NCBI RefSeq assembly: GCF_001194135.2
Contig: NC_068981.1
Coordinates: 2,408,068-2,472,067, forward strand
Reading direction: 5' to 3'
DNA length: 64,000 nucleotides
DNA from: Octopus bimaculoides
Lineage: Eukaryota
Of this stretch, positions 27,001 through 41,071 are shown piece by piece (position 1 is the stretch's first letter; every line of letters begins with the position of its first letter). The translations under genes were made by a program, and so were the position numbers. The notes under the pieces were generated by a model. That model had not been told where the DNA came from and searched no databases. It was given only the letters and a program-made list of their open reading frames with translations.

Positions 27001-30000
27001 CTATATTGAAAGCTGTTCAGTCAGATGGAAAAGGTATGAAAAGGAAAATAATTATGCCAAGCTCCCCACAAGAAGAAGAAGGTAAGAACCAGTTTCCACT
27101 TCTGTCTCCCCCCCCCCCCCATTCATCTTCATACTGTGTAAATCTGCCGTTTTTGAGGATTATCTTTGCACAGTCTTTGAACAAGTTGGTGACTTTTGAT
27201 GCTGGCAAGACAAAATTTTGGTCAGTTAATAGTTATAGGCAGTCATCCCTTTCTTCCATTGCTATGACTGGACTCGGTCAGTCAGAAAGCTACTGTGTTT
27301 GACTTCTTAGTTTGACTTTGACCAAAGATCTCCCATGGAAAAAACATGTTCAGTCCACCACTATGTCAGCTGCCAAGAAGGTTGGATCTCGTTTCTGTGT
27401 TTGCAAATTTCTTACACAAGTGTCTTGTAAGGGCACACTTTGACCTTGCGTTGAATATTGTTTTCTTTATATTGGTGGGTCTTCTTTTTTCTACGAGTTT
27501 GGACTCTCTGTCTTAATTGTTGAAGTGTATCTTCATTGTGTCTTTTCCGTAAATATATCCGTAGTCATTGCTCTGAAGGACTTTCTTGAGTTGTACCCTC
27601 TGTCCAGACCTTTTAGATGTGTCACCTGTTTATCTTCCCAAGCACATCATTTCTTTGTTGAAATTCCTATCGCCCATTAATCCTTTTTGTTCCAATAGCT
27701 CCTTTTCTCGAACTGCTGCTCTTTGGAATTCACTGCCACATGAGTCCATCATCATTCATCGTTTAATCTCCACCTTCCATGGGACAATTTGATAGGAGCC
27801 GGCTAGGCAGAAGCCTGTACCAGACTTCTGTGACTGTTTTAGCAGGATTTTTACAGCTGGATGCCCTTCCTAACACCAACCACTCAGTAGAGTGGACTTA
27901 GTGCTTTTTACGTGGCACAAGCACAGGTGAGGTCAGTTTTGGCAAGGTTTATACAGCTGAATGCCCTTCCAAAGGCCAACCACTTTACAGTGTGGGCTGG
28001 ATGTTTTTTAAGTGGCAGCTGCACTGACAGGGTCACCAAGTACCTTGCAAAATAAAAAAAAATCTTTTGAGAGGGGAGGGGGCATTAAATTGTGGAAATA
28101 ATTCTAAAAATCAATATTGGAAGAGGATATTGTGAAAGTTTCTTTTGTTTTTTCACAGCATCAAAAGTCCTTTTTCTTAATCCATTGAAATCTCTTCATC
28201 AATGATATTAATACGCTAACTTTTTGTTTTTGTACGTACCTGTTGTGTGCATCACACTTCAAAGAAGTGGCAAAGTGAGAGAGAGAGGAAGTAAGAGAGA
28301 GAAAGAGAATGAAAGAGACAGTGAATGGTGACGGCATTCGTTTTGTGTTTTTAAATGTTTCAGAGAGGACATAAGAGAGAGAGAATGAGAGTGAAAGAGA
28401 CAGTGAGTGGTGACAGTGTTCGTTTTGTGTTTTTAAATGTTTATCACATCGCAAGAGAAGTAGATACATAGATACATGTGCACATTGTTAAATCAAAAGT
28501 GGGAGAGAAGAGGGACACAAAGGAAGTGAGAGAGACAAATCCAAAGCAAAGTTCTTACATAGGCAAATATTGGCTGTCAGTTTCACTTTTCATTACCACA
28601 CGAGGATAAAATTAACTCACAAATGGCTGAGTATTCCACAGACATGCATAACATTAACATAGTTCTCAGGGAGATTCAGCCTCACACAGAATAAGACAAG
28701 ACTGGTCTCTTTGAATTACAGCTACAACTCGAGACATATTTATATGAATGAATTTGTGTGTGTGTATAGTTTAGGTTAGTTAAAACATGTTTGCAATAAG
28801 TGTCGTGTGGTGGAAATAAACACAATTACTAAACTTTCATTCATAAATCCATTTATTATTTCAATTTGTACATTTGTACCCAGAAATTTTCAACAACTGC
28901 ATGCCAGAAAAAATGGAAAAACGAGTGATTTTATCTCCTAAAAATTCTGACTGTCTTGTAATAAATGAAAAAGTTCTTAATATTACACCAGAGACACTTA
29001 AAATGTACTTAAGCACAGATTCATTGTCTTGCAATAATGAAGAGGAAGTCCAGAACTATCTTTTTTTGAATTCATAAACTCACTCACTTCATCCGGTATG
29101 CTTCCTCATTGCTATTGTAATGCTGCTAAGAAACCTTTCAATCAGTCAAGGATTATGTAATGGAACTCACATGAAAGGGCAAATACTTCATGAACATTGT
29201 GTAGAGGCATCATTGGTAACAGGCTCCAACAGAGGTCATACAGTTCTAATTCCCAGAATTAAACTTAGCCCAAGTGATGCAAATATTCCATTCACACTAA
29301 ATAGACTTCAGTTTCCACTTCGACTTCCATATTCAATAACAATCAAGTTGGCATACATTTGTCTCAACCAGTATTTTCTCATGGCCAATTATATGTCGCA
29401 TTTTCAAGAGCATGAGCTATGAATATCAAAGTAAGAGCTATGACACTTAGGATAAGAGATAAGGCCAAAAATGTGGTGTGACATACACACAAAATATTGT
29501 CTACCATGAAGTACTGTGAGGAAGACCACCGCACCAGCTAGCATCACCACCACACCAGCCACTCCATCATAAATCCTTTAAGATCAGGGAACCAGTTAGG
29601 GGCCCATTGGATCTCTCTCGGCATACCAGCAAACCACAAAATTGCACCAGCCAGCATCACTACTACCTCCAAGCCCGTTATATATATATATATGTATATG
29701 TGTCTGTTTGTCTCACCACCACCATTGCTTGACAACCGATATTGGTGTGTTTACGTCCCTGTAATTTAGCTGTTCAGCAGAAGAGACTGATAGAATAAGC
29801 ACCAGGTAATAAATCCAGGGGTCAATTTCTTTGATTAAAGGGTGGTGCTCCAGCATGGCCACCGTCAAATGACTGTAACAAGTAAAAGGATACCAGAAAA
29901 ACATTCCATACCACTAAACCAAAAGTACCCCAGTGTCCCACAAATGGCACTCGTGCCTGTGGCACATAAAAGCACCCCAGTTTCCTGCAAATGGCACCTG

Positions 30001-33000
30001 TGCTGGTGGCACATAAAAGCACCCATTACACTCTGAGTGGTTGGTGTTAGGAAGGGCATCCAGCCGTAGAATACCATGCCAAATCAGACTGGAGTCTGGT
30101 ACAGTCTTCCAGTGTGCCAGCCTGGTCAAACTGTCCAACCCATGCCAACATGGACAACGGACATTAAATGATGATGATGATGATTGGACCCTCATAGCCA
30201 TTTGATATTTTTAAAAATCCAATTACATTTTTATAATTAGATATCACTAGGAATTATATTTTGTGTATTGTAGAAATATGAGCAATTCATTGCACATAAA
30301 TTTTATCAACAATGGATCCCTAAGAGTCATATGGGTTCCAATTGAAAACCACTGGTCTAGGGCAACTCTCTTTTATGTATTAAATGATTATCTAAAAGAT
30401 ACTAAAATTGTAATCCCAAATGAATTGAAAATGTCATTTTAATTGTAATTTTTCCAGTTATAGATAAGAAAGGAACACCTCAGAAGAGAAAGCGTGGGAG
30501 TATTCAATTAGATAGTTCTCCTACGAGCGGGTCAAGTGTTACACCTCGAACACCTGTAAGTGGCCAAAGACTGATCCCTTTATCTGAACGTCAACAAATG
30601 GCATTATTGATGAAAATGACAGATGAATCTTCACAAGGGGGTAGGTTGATATAAACACCTTTTGTTTTCGTTTTGTTTTTCATTGATCTTGAAATTTCTT
30701 GTTTTGTTTTTTGTTTTTTTTTAAAGTTGAAGATCTGAATATCGACAAAAATAATATGAAGTAACTTAAGACTAACATAGTAATGATTCATTATTAGATT
30801 TTGGTGATAAACAGGGGTGATGTTAGTTTTTTTACTTGAGGTGGTAATGATTACTGGCTTAAATCAACATAATCTCTAATGGCTAAAGAGGTATGTGTGT
30901 ATGAAGCAGAAAATTTGGTTCCTAGTAAGAACGGGGGACAACCTGAAAACAAACTAAATGTTGAAACAATTATATATTTAAAGCCCTGAAGATAAATGTT
31001 CGCAAGATGTGGGCTATAGTTTATTGCTTTCTATTTTCCTTAAAAAAATAGCTTTTGGGGAGAGAGGGGGTGGGGTGATGAATTTTGTTCAATAAGAATA
31101 GTTACTTTTAAGCATGATTGTATGTATGTGTGTGTTTGTATATATATATATATATATTTTTTTTTTCTTTGATACATATATATATATATGTAGATAATGT
31201 TTTTAATTTTGCTCTTTAAAGCAACAGATTCTTCTCCCAAATCATTGTCACCTGTGATGTCCGCTAAGCGAACGCCTGGTGATAAAAGAGTGCATAAGCG
31301 AAATGAGCATGGAGAAACGCCTTTACATTTGGCTGCAATCAAAGGAGATCCGAAACAGACTAAAAAATTGATTAAAGCTGGAGCTGATGTAAATGTTAAA
31401 GATTTTGCAGGTAAAAATTCCAATATTTCTTCAATATTTTCTCTGGTGTCATGATTTTCAGATTTGATGGTTCCAGATATGATTACTTTTGTGAAATTTC
31501 GTGTGTTAATTTGGTTACAATTTCAAAGAACTTCATAGATATTTTTGATACCAGTCTGTCCAAAAACCACATAAAAGTGTTTTGTATCATTAATGAAAAT
31601 TTTAACAATTGTTTTAGTCTATGAATAACAATATACGATTTCAATAAATAGAAATTGAATTATAATTTTATTGTGTTATATTGAAGACTGTAGATATGTA
31701 TGCTAAATGGCTGTACAGATGTTTCTCACAATTCTTCATATAGTCAGCATTTAATGTCTGTTTTTCCCTGCTGGCATGGTTTGGTCAGATCGACAGGAGC
31801 TGGCAATTCAGAAGACTGTACTAAGCTTTGACATGGTTTCTATCCCTGGATGTCTTTCCTAACACCAGCCACTTTACAGATAATACTAAATGGTTTTTTT
31901 CCCCCACATAGCACCAGCATGGTCACTAAGTAACTTGCAAGGCAAGGGCCCTTAGATGAGTTGGGAAGTAGTATTAAGAGAAGGGGTTTGGTACTAGGAG
32001 ATGATAGGTTAAAGTATGGTGGAGGGTTGGAAACAGCTATCTTACTGTAGAAGAGCTACATGGCTACTCCATAGAAAGAGAGAAGAGACAAAGATTGACA
32101 AAACAAAAAACATATAAAACATACAGCGAAGAAACGTCCTGAATATCAAAAGGAGTAACCTAGAAGTATCAGACTTGCAGGACAAATTCATTTTGGATAG
32201 AAGGTTCTGTTAGTGATTGTACAGATGCTTAAATGGTTAATATAAATATAGAATCAAAAGTAGATGGAATCTGTGTGGAAAATAAATAAATAAAAATGTT
32301 ATTAAATTCAGCTAATGAAGGGAAATAATTCAAACAGGTAAATTTGAAGAAGAGACAAAAGGTTAATGAGAAATGTAATGATGTATTTTTAAAAAATGAT
32401 TATGAACTTGGGTGCCTATTACAGCCTCGGGAGAAAAAAAACTATTAAAAAATTCAAATTTTAGACTCATTTACAATTAAGAGTTGATTAGATAGCATGA
32501 GAAATGATTTTCCAGACAAATTGACCAAAGTAGAAAAATATGTTTGAATTTACGGATAAGTCTTACACACAACTAAATTACATGAAATATGAAAAATATA
32601 ACAAACACATTCTTTAGATCACTGGTTCTCAACCGTTTTTACGTATGGACCCCTTTGATTCCTAATTAATTCGGATGTATCCTCCTATCCATTCAACGTT
32701 TAAAAAAATCATATTATATTTTTATAGTTAAATATTTTTGGAAATTGTATAAGAAAAATTGTTAAAATATTTTGTGCATTGTAGAATTATAACCAATTTA
32801 TTGCACATGAATTTTAATCACAAAATCTTTTTATGGAACCTCAAGGGTCATGTGGACCCTGCTTGAAAACCACTGCTTTAGATCAATGGGTTAAGTTTTT
32901 AAAAAAGCCTTAGTGAAATAATGTATAAAAATACACATTGATCAGTATCAATATCTGTAATAGTTATCAACATTCAAAAGTATATACAAGCATACATGCA

Positions 33001-33054
33001 CAAGGGAAAATACAATTAAATATATACCAACAAATATATCCCTAATAGTTAATA

Positions 33055-33126
<72 letters not shown>

Positions 33127-33217
33127 ACATTTTCATGTTAAATATTGACAAAATCATTATACACATTAATGGATAAATATAAATACTCAAATATTGTCAC
33201 ATGTGCATACATGTATA

Positions 33218-33259
<42 letters not shown>

Positions 33260-33605
33260 CATACACACATGCACACACACACATATCAGCATCATCATGG
33301 CATGTGTGCATATATGTATGGCTTAGTGGTTAGGGTGTTGCACTCTCAATCACTAGATCATGAGTTCAGTTCCTAGACCAGGTTCTATATTGTGTTCTCG
33401 AGCAAGACACTTCATCTCATGTTACTCTGCAATCACTTCGACACCTGACACATGGCACATCTGTGGACCTCTTCAGACAACTCCGATTTGATGAAGAGAG
33501 TGAGCTAATGTGCAGCACAAACATTTGATCACTGTAAATGATCATATGCAGGTCATTTGGCAAAAGCTGAATGCCCTAACGTCATCTTTGACAGGAGAGT
33601 CCGTC

Positions 33606-33638
<33 letters not shown>

Positions 33639-36600
33639 GTATACATGCAGTGGTGTAGTGAAAACCTTGATAGATCAAGAAATAATAAAAAGTAAAATGA
33701 AATTTTTGTGTTTTTTTCTAAATAACTAAAATGGTCCTTCCACAACATAATCACTACACACATACACACACTCGTACACATTTGCATATATAGCTCACTA
33801 ATTACATTAAAGATTAAATACATTCTTTAAATATATTTATATTAATGAGGCCCTTTGGTAGAATAGTTTCCATTTGAAATAAATGAGTTTTTAATTTTCC
33901 ATAAAGGTTGGACTCCTCTCCACGAAGCATGCACCCGTGGTTGGTTAATCATTGCTAAACACCTATTGAAAGCTGGTGCTAATGTAAATGTTCATGGCTT
34001 AGAAAATGATACTCCTCTTCATGATGCATCTGCCAGTGGACATCAAAAGGTAAATTTTCTTCTTCTTACAAACTAAGCTAACATTATTAATATTCTGTTG
34101 TGTTATCATATTGTATTAATATAGCACCAATATTGGTGGTGAAGTATATTTCTATAAACATTGTTTACGCAATACAAAACATAGGTCGAGTTTATGCAGG
34201 CAAGTAACAGCTCCCTTGAAACCTGAAAAGTCCTGTATTTAATTGATCAACCTGTCAGTCTTATTTAATGAATCCAGTGGATTCTAGGTGACTTCTTCAC
34301 CGACTAAAAAAAAGGGGTTGTTTTTTTCTTTTTTTTTTTTACTTATAGTTTGAGCTTAGAATTGAGAAAACAATGGTTGTCGCTGTTTTTAACATATTTA
34401 AAAAGAAAAAAGAAGGAAAGTTGAAGTAATCATTTCTATGTGAAAGCTAATTAAAATGATGTTATACTCGTGGGTGTGATTACTTCCGAACCTTGGAATT
34501 TGGACACAGCAATCTGCAGTGGACTTTAGTAGCAGTTGCTTATTCAACAGCTATGAAAGTAACTACAGCTACTAAATACAAATATCTGAACAAGTATGCA
34601 GGTATAACTGAATGTTTAAGAAGTGTCAAAATAATGCTGGTGTGTGTGAATCATCATCATCATCGTTTAACGTCCGCTTTCCATGCTGGCATGGATTGGA
34701 CAATTTGACTGGGGACTGGCGAACCAGAAGGCTGCACCAAACTCCAATCTGATCTGGCAGAGTTTCTACAGCTGGATGCCCTTCCTAACGCCAACCACTC
34801 CGAGAGTGTAGTGGGTGCTTTTACATGCCACCGGCATGAGGGCCAGTCACACAGTACTGGCAACGGCCATGCTCAAAAAGGTGTTTTTTACGTGCCACCT
34901 GCATGGGAGCCAGTCCAGCGGCACTGGCAACAACCTCACTCGGATGATTTTCTAACAAATAAATGAAGCCCAAAGTTTTCTCTATTCACAAGTTGGTAGG
35001 TACACACTGAAATATGCAAAAAGAACCTAATCTCAATATGTAATAATACTTAAATGATCAGATCCGTTCAGCTGAATATTTTGTTTAGACAATTGCACAA
35101 TATTTCATTTGTATTCATTCTCCCTTACCAAATCTGTGACATTACAATTCTTTTTTTCTTTTTTTCCCTTATATTTTATTGTTTCTTAATCGTCTGTCGT
35201 TTCTGAAATGTCTGTTCTTTATTTATTTCCAGCTTGTTGAATTACTGTTGAAGCACGGGGCTAACCCTCTTCAATCTAACAGTAGAGGCCAAACACCTAT
35301 GGATGTTGCTGCATGTTCCGATACAGAAGAGCTGTTAAGAAAAGAGATGTCCTCATCAAGCAGTGATAGTTCAAGTGTTGATGATACTCGTTCTCCGACA
35401 TCTCCTGAAAGTACTTCTTCGGCTAAAGAAGAAGACCGTACTGCAGATTCAGAAGGTACTTTGCAAACTTACCTGATTAATGTAGCTTTTAAGAGGAAAA
35501 ATCAACAAAACTGCAATCAGGATATCTGATATTTGTGTCTAAGTCAGGGGCCAGCAAAGTGGTCAGTATTGATCCCTTGGGGTAGGGTGTCCATGTGGTT
35601 ATCCAAGAGGTCAATGATTTTAAGCTGAATTATTAGCAAACTGAATCTGGAAGAGTTTGGGTAATTTAAGGCTTAAACTCACTAATTTCCAGCCAAATAT
35701 TGATGCAATATAAACTAGTATTCACCAAACATATATTTCACATTAAATATTCCAACTGTATCAATGTATTATGACTGGATTTTTATAGTATTTAAGTATT
35801 TTCATTAAATTTATTTCCTTCATCATCATCATCGTTTAACGTCCGCTAGCATGGGTTGGATGATTTGACAGAGGACTGGCGAATCAGATGGCTGCACCAG
35901 ACTCCAATCTGATTTGGCAGAGTTTCTACAGCTGGATGCCCTTCCTAACGCCAACCACTCAGAGAGTGTAGTGGGTACTTTTACGTGCCACCGGCACGAA
36001 GGCTAGTCAGGCGGTACTGGCAACGGCCACGCTCAAAATGGTGTATTTTATGTGCCACCTGCACATCATACTTTCTAATTTATTTTAGAAATTTATAAGA
36101 TGGGAGTCAACAAGTTATCAAGGTTTCCATGAATGGGTCAATGATTTTTAGAAGTTTGCCAACCCCTGTACTATAATTACTCATGTCATGCTTACAGTTA
36201 CACTTTTGTCCTTTGACTGCTGACTGCAAAATGTTTTGTCAGTGTTGAAAGGAGATGATAATGTATCGATGGGTTATTTGAGTTATATGCAATTAGCTGA
36301 GGTATTTGTTGTGGAGACTCCATTATCATCTATAATAATACTCTTGTGTCTTTCTCCATCACATATGAATGAGAAAGGAAGGAGTGATAGATGAATAAGG
36401 AAGGGGTGATGGGAAACTTGGTAGCGGGATGATGGAAGTTCTACGGGGAAAGAAAAAATCAAACAGCGTTTCAACTCTGTGTATGTAAAAGGGAGGTATG
36501 TGAATGTTTGTGTGTGTGTATATGTGCAATCGAAGTGGGATGGTGAACATTCAATGCTGAAAGGAAGGTGGAGGTATTGTTTTCAGTTGTGTTTGTTTGT

Positions 36601-39600
36601 CCGTGGACAAGATATCTCAAGAACTGCTGGATGGATTTGGATGAAACTTTCAGGGATGTTTGGCCTCGTGACTGGCACAAACTGATTAGATTTTGGGATT
36701 GATCCAATACCAGACAAGGATTCTGGATTGGGTTCATTTTTAGTATTCTCATTTGTGAGAGCAGTTGAGTTTATTTCAGATATTCTCATTCTAAAAATTC
36801 TCTCTGGTTAATCGTTGAGAAGACGTTGGTGTTGCCTTGGTGGAGGTGTACGCTCTATGAGTGCTCTTGTTATTCTTGATTTTAATCTCCTTCCTTTTAC
36901 ATTGTAACTCGTTATAACACTGGACTTAAATGACTTTGCCTTTCATCTTTTCAGGGTGAGTAAAACAAGTACCAGTTGAGCACTGGGGCTGATGTAATTG
37001 ACTTACCTCCTCCCCCGAACTTGCTGGCCTTGTGCCAAAATTTGAAACCATTATTTACTTTATTTTATTTTATTTTATTTTTGTAGAATTGTCTCCGAGA
37101 ATTACTGGTTCATCTGCTTTGAAATGGGAGAGAAGTGTTGCATCATCAACTTCAGGCAGCAGAAGATCCCTGTTGCCCAAGTCTCCAGAGAAGACTGCTT
37201 CCCCTCGTCTCTTTCTTAAACTTGTCAAGGATGTGCCCTGTAGTGGAGAAACGTCTGAAAAATCTAAAGATACAACTGAAACACAATACAAAGCATACAG
37301 TGTAACTGTAGAACATAAAGACTGCATCTCCTTTGTAGAAAGTAACAGTAGTAATGACAGTGATTTATATGAACCTCGCATTTTGGAGCGTGCTAGTGAT
37401 TTAGGTAGTACATCGGTTAGCAATTTATCAGCTAGTATGGTTGCAGCAGGTATGAAAGAAAGTGGTCAGTCAGACAATCGTGTATCCGGCATGACTATAG
37501 CACCAGAAACTTTACCGCATCAAGGAAGCATTAACAATAAAGTTTGTGTTGGTGATAGTCAACTGAATGATGAAGCTAATAAAAGCTTTGGTGAGACAGT
37601 TTCATCTCATTCTGTGCAGACATTTACTCCACAGTTTGAGGACATCAGTGATCCTGAAGATGAAACTGGTATGTCTGAAATTCTTAAACAGCAAATGCCA
37701 GTACAAATAAGAACTGATTCTAATTGCATTCCACAAAGTAAAGAACTGGACACTAGTAATATTATTACTACATCTCAATCAAAGTTGAAATGTTTAACAA
37801 CATCCTCATCCTCATCATCATCTGATTTTCCACATGAATTATCATTAATATCATCATCAATAACATCATCCAATTCTCATGGTAATGCTATTAGCTCAGG
37901 AACAACAAATAATAATAATAACATTCAAGGAGATATACACACAGTAGACACAAACATTATTTCAAATACTTCAATAAGAAGGCATTCTAGTAATAATATT
38001 ACAAATTCTAGTACGTTGGTAACAAGCGGGCCAGCTAGTCAAATACCCACCAAATGGGAGCTCCATTCTTGTCCACCATCTACTGATGACCATCTTTGTG
38101 GGTTAACCTTAAAATCTGAGGGTTCTCGTACTTCTTCTTCACCTACTAGATCTGAGAAAGATAGATTTGCTTTAAAATCAGACAAAGAACCTAGATCTTC
38201 ATCCTCATCCTCATCATCATCTTCATCTTCCTCATCATCATCATCGTCATTATTAAAAGTACCACCTTTGAGAATAATAATCCCACCAAAACAAACATCC
38301 TCTATGGATTCAGATAACTTGAAAATGCTCCTAACTAAACCAGCATTACCGTACGTTTTAAACCCAACACGAGAAAACAATTTAGAAGAGCAAAATAATG
38401 AATGTCATATAGCCTCCCAAGCATCATCAAGGGCCTCGAGTCCAACTTCTTCACGCCCTTCATCTGCTGCTAGTGATCATGCTGCCTCATCTACTGCTGG
38501 CAGCAGTGTAACAATGGCTGTCCCTCTGACAACAACGACTTTACATATGACAGCCAATCAGTCAGCTTCGTCTGGGGATAAAGCTGTTTCCATTACTAAC
38601 ACCAACACAGCTACTACTGTTACAGTTACCACCACAGTAACTAGTATTAACAGCAATAATTCACCCGATACAGATATTAAGTCAAATTTCCATGGAAGCA
38701 ACAAACTACCTACTAACTCTGCCTCAGTGACAATTACCACCACATCTAGTGCAACTTCATCCACCACCACCACCACCAGTAACTCTGAGAAAACTAGTCA
38801 AACACATGCTACACGAGATACTGATTCTCTTGTTGTGAAAGAGAAAGATGAATTAATAAAACTAAAAGACAAAGAAGATACTAAGGAAGAGAAAGAAGAA
38901 AAGACCACACAAAGAATTACACGATGTCTCCGTTCACATACAGCACAATTACAACAACAGAAAAGAGAGCAACATTCTGATAAACAAGGTATCATCTCTC
39001 TCTTTCTCTCTCTCTATTTTTTTCTCTCTCATACCAAAGTCAAATCATTTACAAGTTCTCAGCACTCATGAAAAAACACAGCTAAAAGCCTTTCTGTTTT
39101 TCTAATGTTTATTCTGACAAAATGTGATCTCTACTGAATTTACCCACAAAATCTGTTTTGAAAAATTGTTCTTTTTTTCAGAGCCAATAAGTATTTCAAG
39201 GTTGAACAGTTCCTAACCTTTTGCAATGCCCCCATACAGCCACCTGTTCCAATATTGGCAACACTTCTCTCATTCTATTATTGAAGTATTACATAGTGTA
39301 TCATATATGTCAGTTAAAGGTAGGGTGGCAGTGTCAATGACCTTTGCATTCCCTCCCAAACTGGTGAGATTTATGCAGCTGATACACAGGTGGAATAGTT
39401 TGCAGGTCTGATTTCTATAAGTAAAAAATGTGGGCAGTGAAGAAGAACCAGGAATCTGGTCTGTGTGCTTCTAATTCAGTGAGTGAATTATGCAAAAGGC
39501 ATACAGGGGCAAAGTGGTGGTTTTGAACAAAAATGCTTGTTATGTCTACTTTTAGACTCATTATAAACCATCATATCTAATCCTTAGTCTCCAAATCTGC

Positions 39601-41024
39601 ATTCCTCTGCAACTCATTTTCTGCTTGCATCTATCTAAAAGACATCAATCTTGTATGGAGGCTTAGTGGTTATTAGTTAGGGTGTTGAACTCATGATAGT
39701 AAGGTTGTAGTTTCAATTCTTGGACCGGGTGATGCATTGTGTTCTTGAGCAAAACTCTTCATTTCACATTGCTCCAGTCCACTGAACTGATAAAAATTAG
39801 TAATCCTGCAACAGACGGGGATCCCATCCAGGTGGGGGGTTAATATATAGGTCACAGAAACTGGGAAGCTGGCCCCAAGTCTGTCTGACTTAAGAAGGAT
39901 CTTTATTGATTTTGTGACCTGATTCACAGTTGCTCGACCCAACTAATGAACTAACATATCTTATAATTGAAAAGATATGGTTGTAAATAATCCTCTTTAA
40001 AACTGCTAAATAGTTCCTGTATTTTAGTATAAACTAAAAATTTGTGGGAGTGTCCAACATGTTTATAATGTGATAATGGAGGAAAGAAATTAACTAGAAA
40101 TATAGTGGATGGCTCAGCCTTCATTTCTGGATAATGTTGGAGGGAGGAAAAAACTAAGTCTATGTCAGTTGATTCATCAACATTTAACAACTGTTTTCCG
40201 TGCCTACATGAGTTTGACAATTTGACAGGATCTGATGAGCTGCAGGACTATGCTGAGCCAAAGGGAGAGCTTTGGCATAGTTTCCATGAGTGGTTGCCCT
40301 TTTTAACATTAACCACATTACAGAGTGTATTGGGTGCTACCAGTATTAGTTGGGGTGTTGAGTAACTTGCAAGGCATAAAAAGGAAAAGCCCCACAACTA
40401 AGCTGGGAGAGTATTTGAGAGGGCCGGGTGGCTTTATGCCTGATATCGAGGGGCTAAAGTATGATAGAGGGACAAGCACAGGTGTCTTGCTTGAGAGAAG
40501 CTACATGGCTACCCTGTATTACAGAACGGTGGGAGTAGTTGGGAAGAAGACAAATATGATAGCATTGAGGTGCCAGAGCAAACCCTCAAGGTACAAGAAG
40601 GTGAGCATAAGAGAGGATATGGACAGTAGATCAGGGTGGGAAAGTGGGTAGTTTCATAAGGGTGTGAGGGAAGACAAACATGGTTAGAGATGGAGGTAGA
40701 GGTGAATGTAGTGAGTAATGAACAAAGGTGGAGGTGTGGTTGATGGGAAATATGTCCTTTGCAATAGCACTTTTATTTTATTTATTTCATTATTAAATTT
40801 AAGTATGGTTCTATGTATGTTACCCACTTATGAGAAGTAGTCTTTTATCTTTTCTTGTTAAAGTTCAAGATCTTATCCTTAGACAATCTGGAACTCGACT
40901 GAGGATAGGAAGCTCCAAATGACCCGTCCTTGTTTTTTCCTGTCCTTTTTTGTATCATCTGACTGTCGGGATGTTTTGTTGTCGCCTGTTAGGTTTTTGT
41001 TCCATTTTCTGTTTTCTTCATGTG

Positions 41025-41071
<47 letters not shown>

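Noticed and set aside
35545-36168. hAT element with CAGGGG…CCCCTG ends
   Set aside because: Termini are suggestive, but the 8-bp flanks do not match as a TSD; left uncalled.
36945-36962. Micro-exon (tttcAG|G|GTGAGT) before the large exon
   Set aside because: Lies inside a SINE-C remnant and a 1-nt exon would break the frame.
37070-38995. Antisense ORFs inside the large exon
   Set aside because: Shadow frames of low-complexity Ser/Thr codons with no motif support.
40885-40930. CTGAGGA hammerhead-like core
   Set aside because: No canonical G10.1-C11.1 stem start, GAAA is absent, and no stem I.
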